Source: Podarcis erhardii (Eukaryota). From it: a stretch of DNA of 64,000 nt. The translations under genes were made by a program, and so were the position numbers. Position 1 is the first letter of the stretch; every line of letters starts with the position of its first letter. The notes under the pieces were generated by a model. It was not told the origin of the DNA. It ran no database searches and saw only the letters and a program-made list of their open reading frames with translations. Positions 62,148 through 64,000 of the stretch are shown here, piece after piece. The stretch is from the NCBI GenBank assembly GCA_964252035.1, contig OZ176217.1, one strand, 5' to 3'.

Positions 62148-62520
62148 AGATGCAGGTGGCGCTGTGGTCTAAACCACTGAGCCTCTTGGGCTTGCCAGTT
62201 GGAAGGTCGGTGGTTCGAATCCCCGCAACGGAGTGAGCTCCCATTGCTGTGTCCTAGCTCCTGCCAACCTAGCAGTTTGAAAGGACACCAGTGCAAGTAG
62301 ATAAATAGGTACCACTGCGGCGGGAAGGTAAACGCCGTTTCTGTGCACTGCTCTGGTTCGCCAGAAGCGGCTTAGTCATGCTGGCCACATGACCCGGAAA
62401 GCTGTCTGCAGACAAACATCGGCTCCCTTGGCCTGAAGCAAGATGTGCACCGCAACCCCATAGTTGCCTTTGACTGGACTTAATTGTCCAGGGGTCCTTT
62501 ACCTTTAGTTTACCTTTACC
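62148..62520 (+). mobile_element. Sauria/Squam1-type SINE (diverged subfamily)
   Basis: Colinear with the other copies; TSD TTAAGGAGGGGT. Confidence 0.9.
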
Positions 62521-62686
62521 TTAAGGAGGGGTGTTAGGGAAGAGGGAATTTTTAATTGCAACTTGAAGAAGAAATTCAGCAGATGAAGCCCCTCTTGTCA
62601 CTATGCCTCCATATTGGGTAAAGGTTCAGCTGCTGGATTTCTATATATCATACTGATGCTAAAGGCACAGAGACAGACCTTGTAAG

Positions 62687-62746
62687 GAAGAAGAAGAAGA
62701 AGAAGAAGAAGAAGAAGAAGAAGAAGAAGAAGAAGAAGAAGAAGAA
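62687..62746. repeat. (GAA)~20 microsatellite
   Basis: Read directly. Confidence 0.95.
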
Positions 62747-63337
62747 ACACACCCACCCACACACCCCTAAGGCTCAGTTGGCCTTCAGCTGCCTTGAACA
62801 TCCTCTGCCTTGTGGAATTCCCTACCTGCAGGGTTTTGGCCCTGCCTTCTTTCAGACGTCTCTTGAAAACTGCACCTTTTAGACAGGCCTTCACAATATG
62901 AATGTCTCTTTTTAACCAGGGTCTACTGAAGTTTTAGATCACATTGTATAGATATTTATAGATCAATGGTACTGCATTTGTAAGCCACCTTGACATATTT
63001 TATGATAGTGCGTCTCATAAATATTCTAATAAAGAAATAAAAATACCAGCTAAGGTTATTAGTCAATGGTACTAGGTTTTGTAATTTGTCCCCGTCCCTC
63101 GGCTGGAATCTTCAGTGCGAGCTTTTCTCTGTCGGTTTCCTTGTGTGATGCTGCGTGCCTGGCTAGGTGAGGTTAAATAAAGCCCACTGTAGCGATGACT
63201 CAAGAGCTTGCAAACCATTTCTGGAACTTTAATATTTTAATTACTCCTTTTGCTTTAAGCCAACTTTCATAAGCAAATAAGCATGGCATGCTGACAGGCA
63301 AGGGGAATTGTTTTTATGGGCCTACTCCTCTTCTTAC

Positions 63338-63455
63338 AGTAGGCTTCAGACTCGGGACATCAGCCATCAGCACAATTGTCACTGAAGTGAAATCCCCACT
63401 CCTGACGTACTGGAAGGTAGCTGAGTAAGTCATGACTGCACCCTTTTGATTCCTG
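63338..63455 (-). CDS. Candidate exon (118 nt, phase 2->0) of an unidentified minus-strand transcript
   Basis: Long pyrimidine tract ending GCATAG; donor GTAAGA; one open frame RNQKGAVMTYSATFQYVRSGDFTSVTIVLMADVPSLKPT. No homology recognised. Confidence 0.2.
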
Positions 63456-64000
63456 CTATGCAAAAGGCAGAAACGAGAAGAAGAAAAACAACACACAAAC
63501 CGCAAGGTTTAAAAGTAGTGGCGATGGGGAATGGCTCGAAAATCTGGCCTCTTGGCATTTCAAAACAAGCCTACTTTGAAAGGACAATATGCACCAGATT
63601 AATTGCATAGGTATCACAAACCATTTGTCATTTGCATAGCAGAGTTGAAAGCCCATTACAATTAACGGCTTTAGCAAATTAAAACCACACATTTTGAGCC
63701 AACTGTTTGGTTGTACATCAGTACGCCCAAAGTGACTGGCTCAACCCTCTCGGAGCAGGGAATGAATGAATGAATGAATGAATGAATATTATCATCATAA
63801 TCAGTATGCATTCCCCAACACCCCTAAAACAATCAAAAGTAAGCTCTCATTTTCTCAAGAAGCCCCTGCCTGATAGTTGAACTTCTCATAACATTACATG
63901 ACATATATGAGTCAGTTTCAGCATTAGAACAATATGTTATACCCTGAATAGACAGTCAATTAGCAGGGGTGATTTGTGTGTTCTTTAAGTTTGGGCCATT

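Noticed and set aside
63340-63400. FRLGTSAISTIVTEV resembling a PIF/Harbinger transposase HTH motif
   Set aside because: No neighbouring LATG or DDE motifs in any frame.

Overview
Eukaryotic, repeat-rich, largely non-coding DNA. The SINE/LINE repertoire (Sauria/Squam1-type and Squam3-type SINEs, BovB, CR1, L2, L1, Penelope) points to a squamate, probably a lacertid lizard; this is an inference from repeat content. I could not confidently identify a host protein-coding gene. A chain of five phase-compatible minus-strand exon candidates (63.4 to 39.5 kb) is offered at low confidence only. Best-supported observations: (1) a very young 2,555-bp Penelope-like retroelement insertion (18728-21282) that is an almost perfect head-to-head palindrome. 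A single 12-bp target-site duplication bounds it, it folds back at a TGTTAACA palindrome with a 4-nt loop, and each arm carries a GIY-YIG endonuclease region and a minimal hammerhead ribozyme. (2) An intronless, 5'-truncated PIWIL4-like processed pseudogene (28272-29006, minus strand) with two nonsense codons and altered catalytic residues. (3) A 1,117-bp solo LTR with a 4-bp TSD nested in the first of three abutting TA-targeting MITEs (8211-10264). (4) A second, far older Penelope-like GIY-YIG relic (~14.8-15.2 kb). There is one assembly gap (38858-39018). Repeat family names come from my recognition of motifs, not from database searches, and degraded repeat boundaries are approximate.
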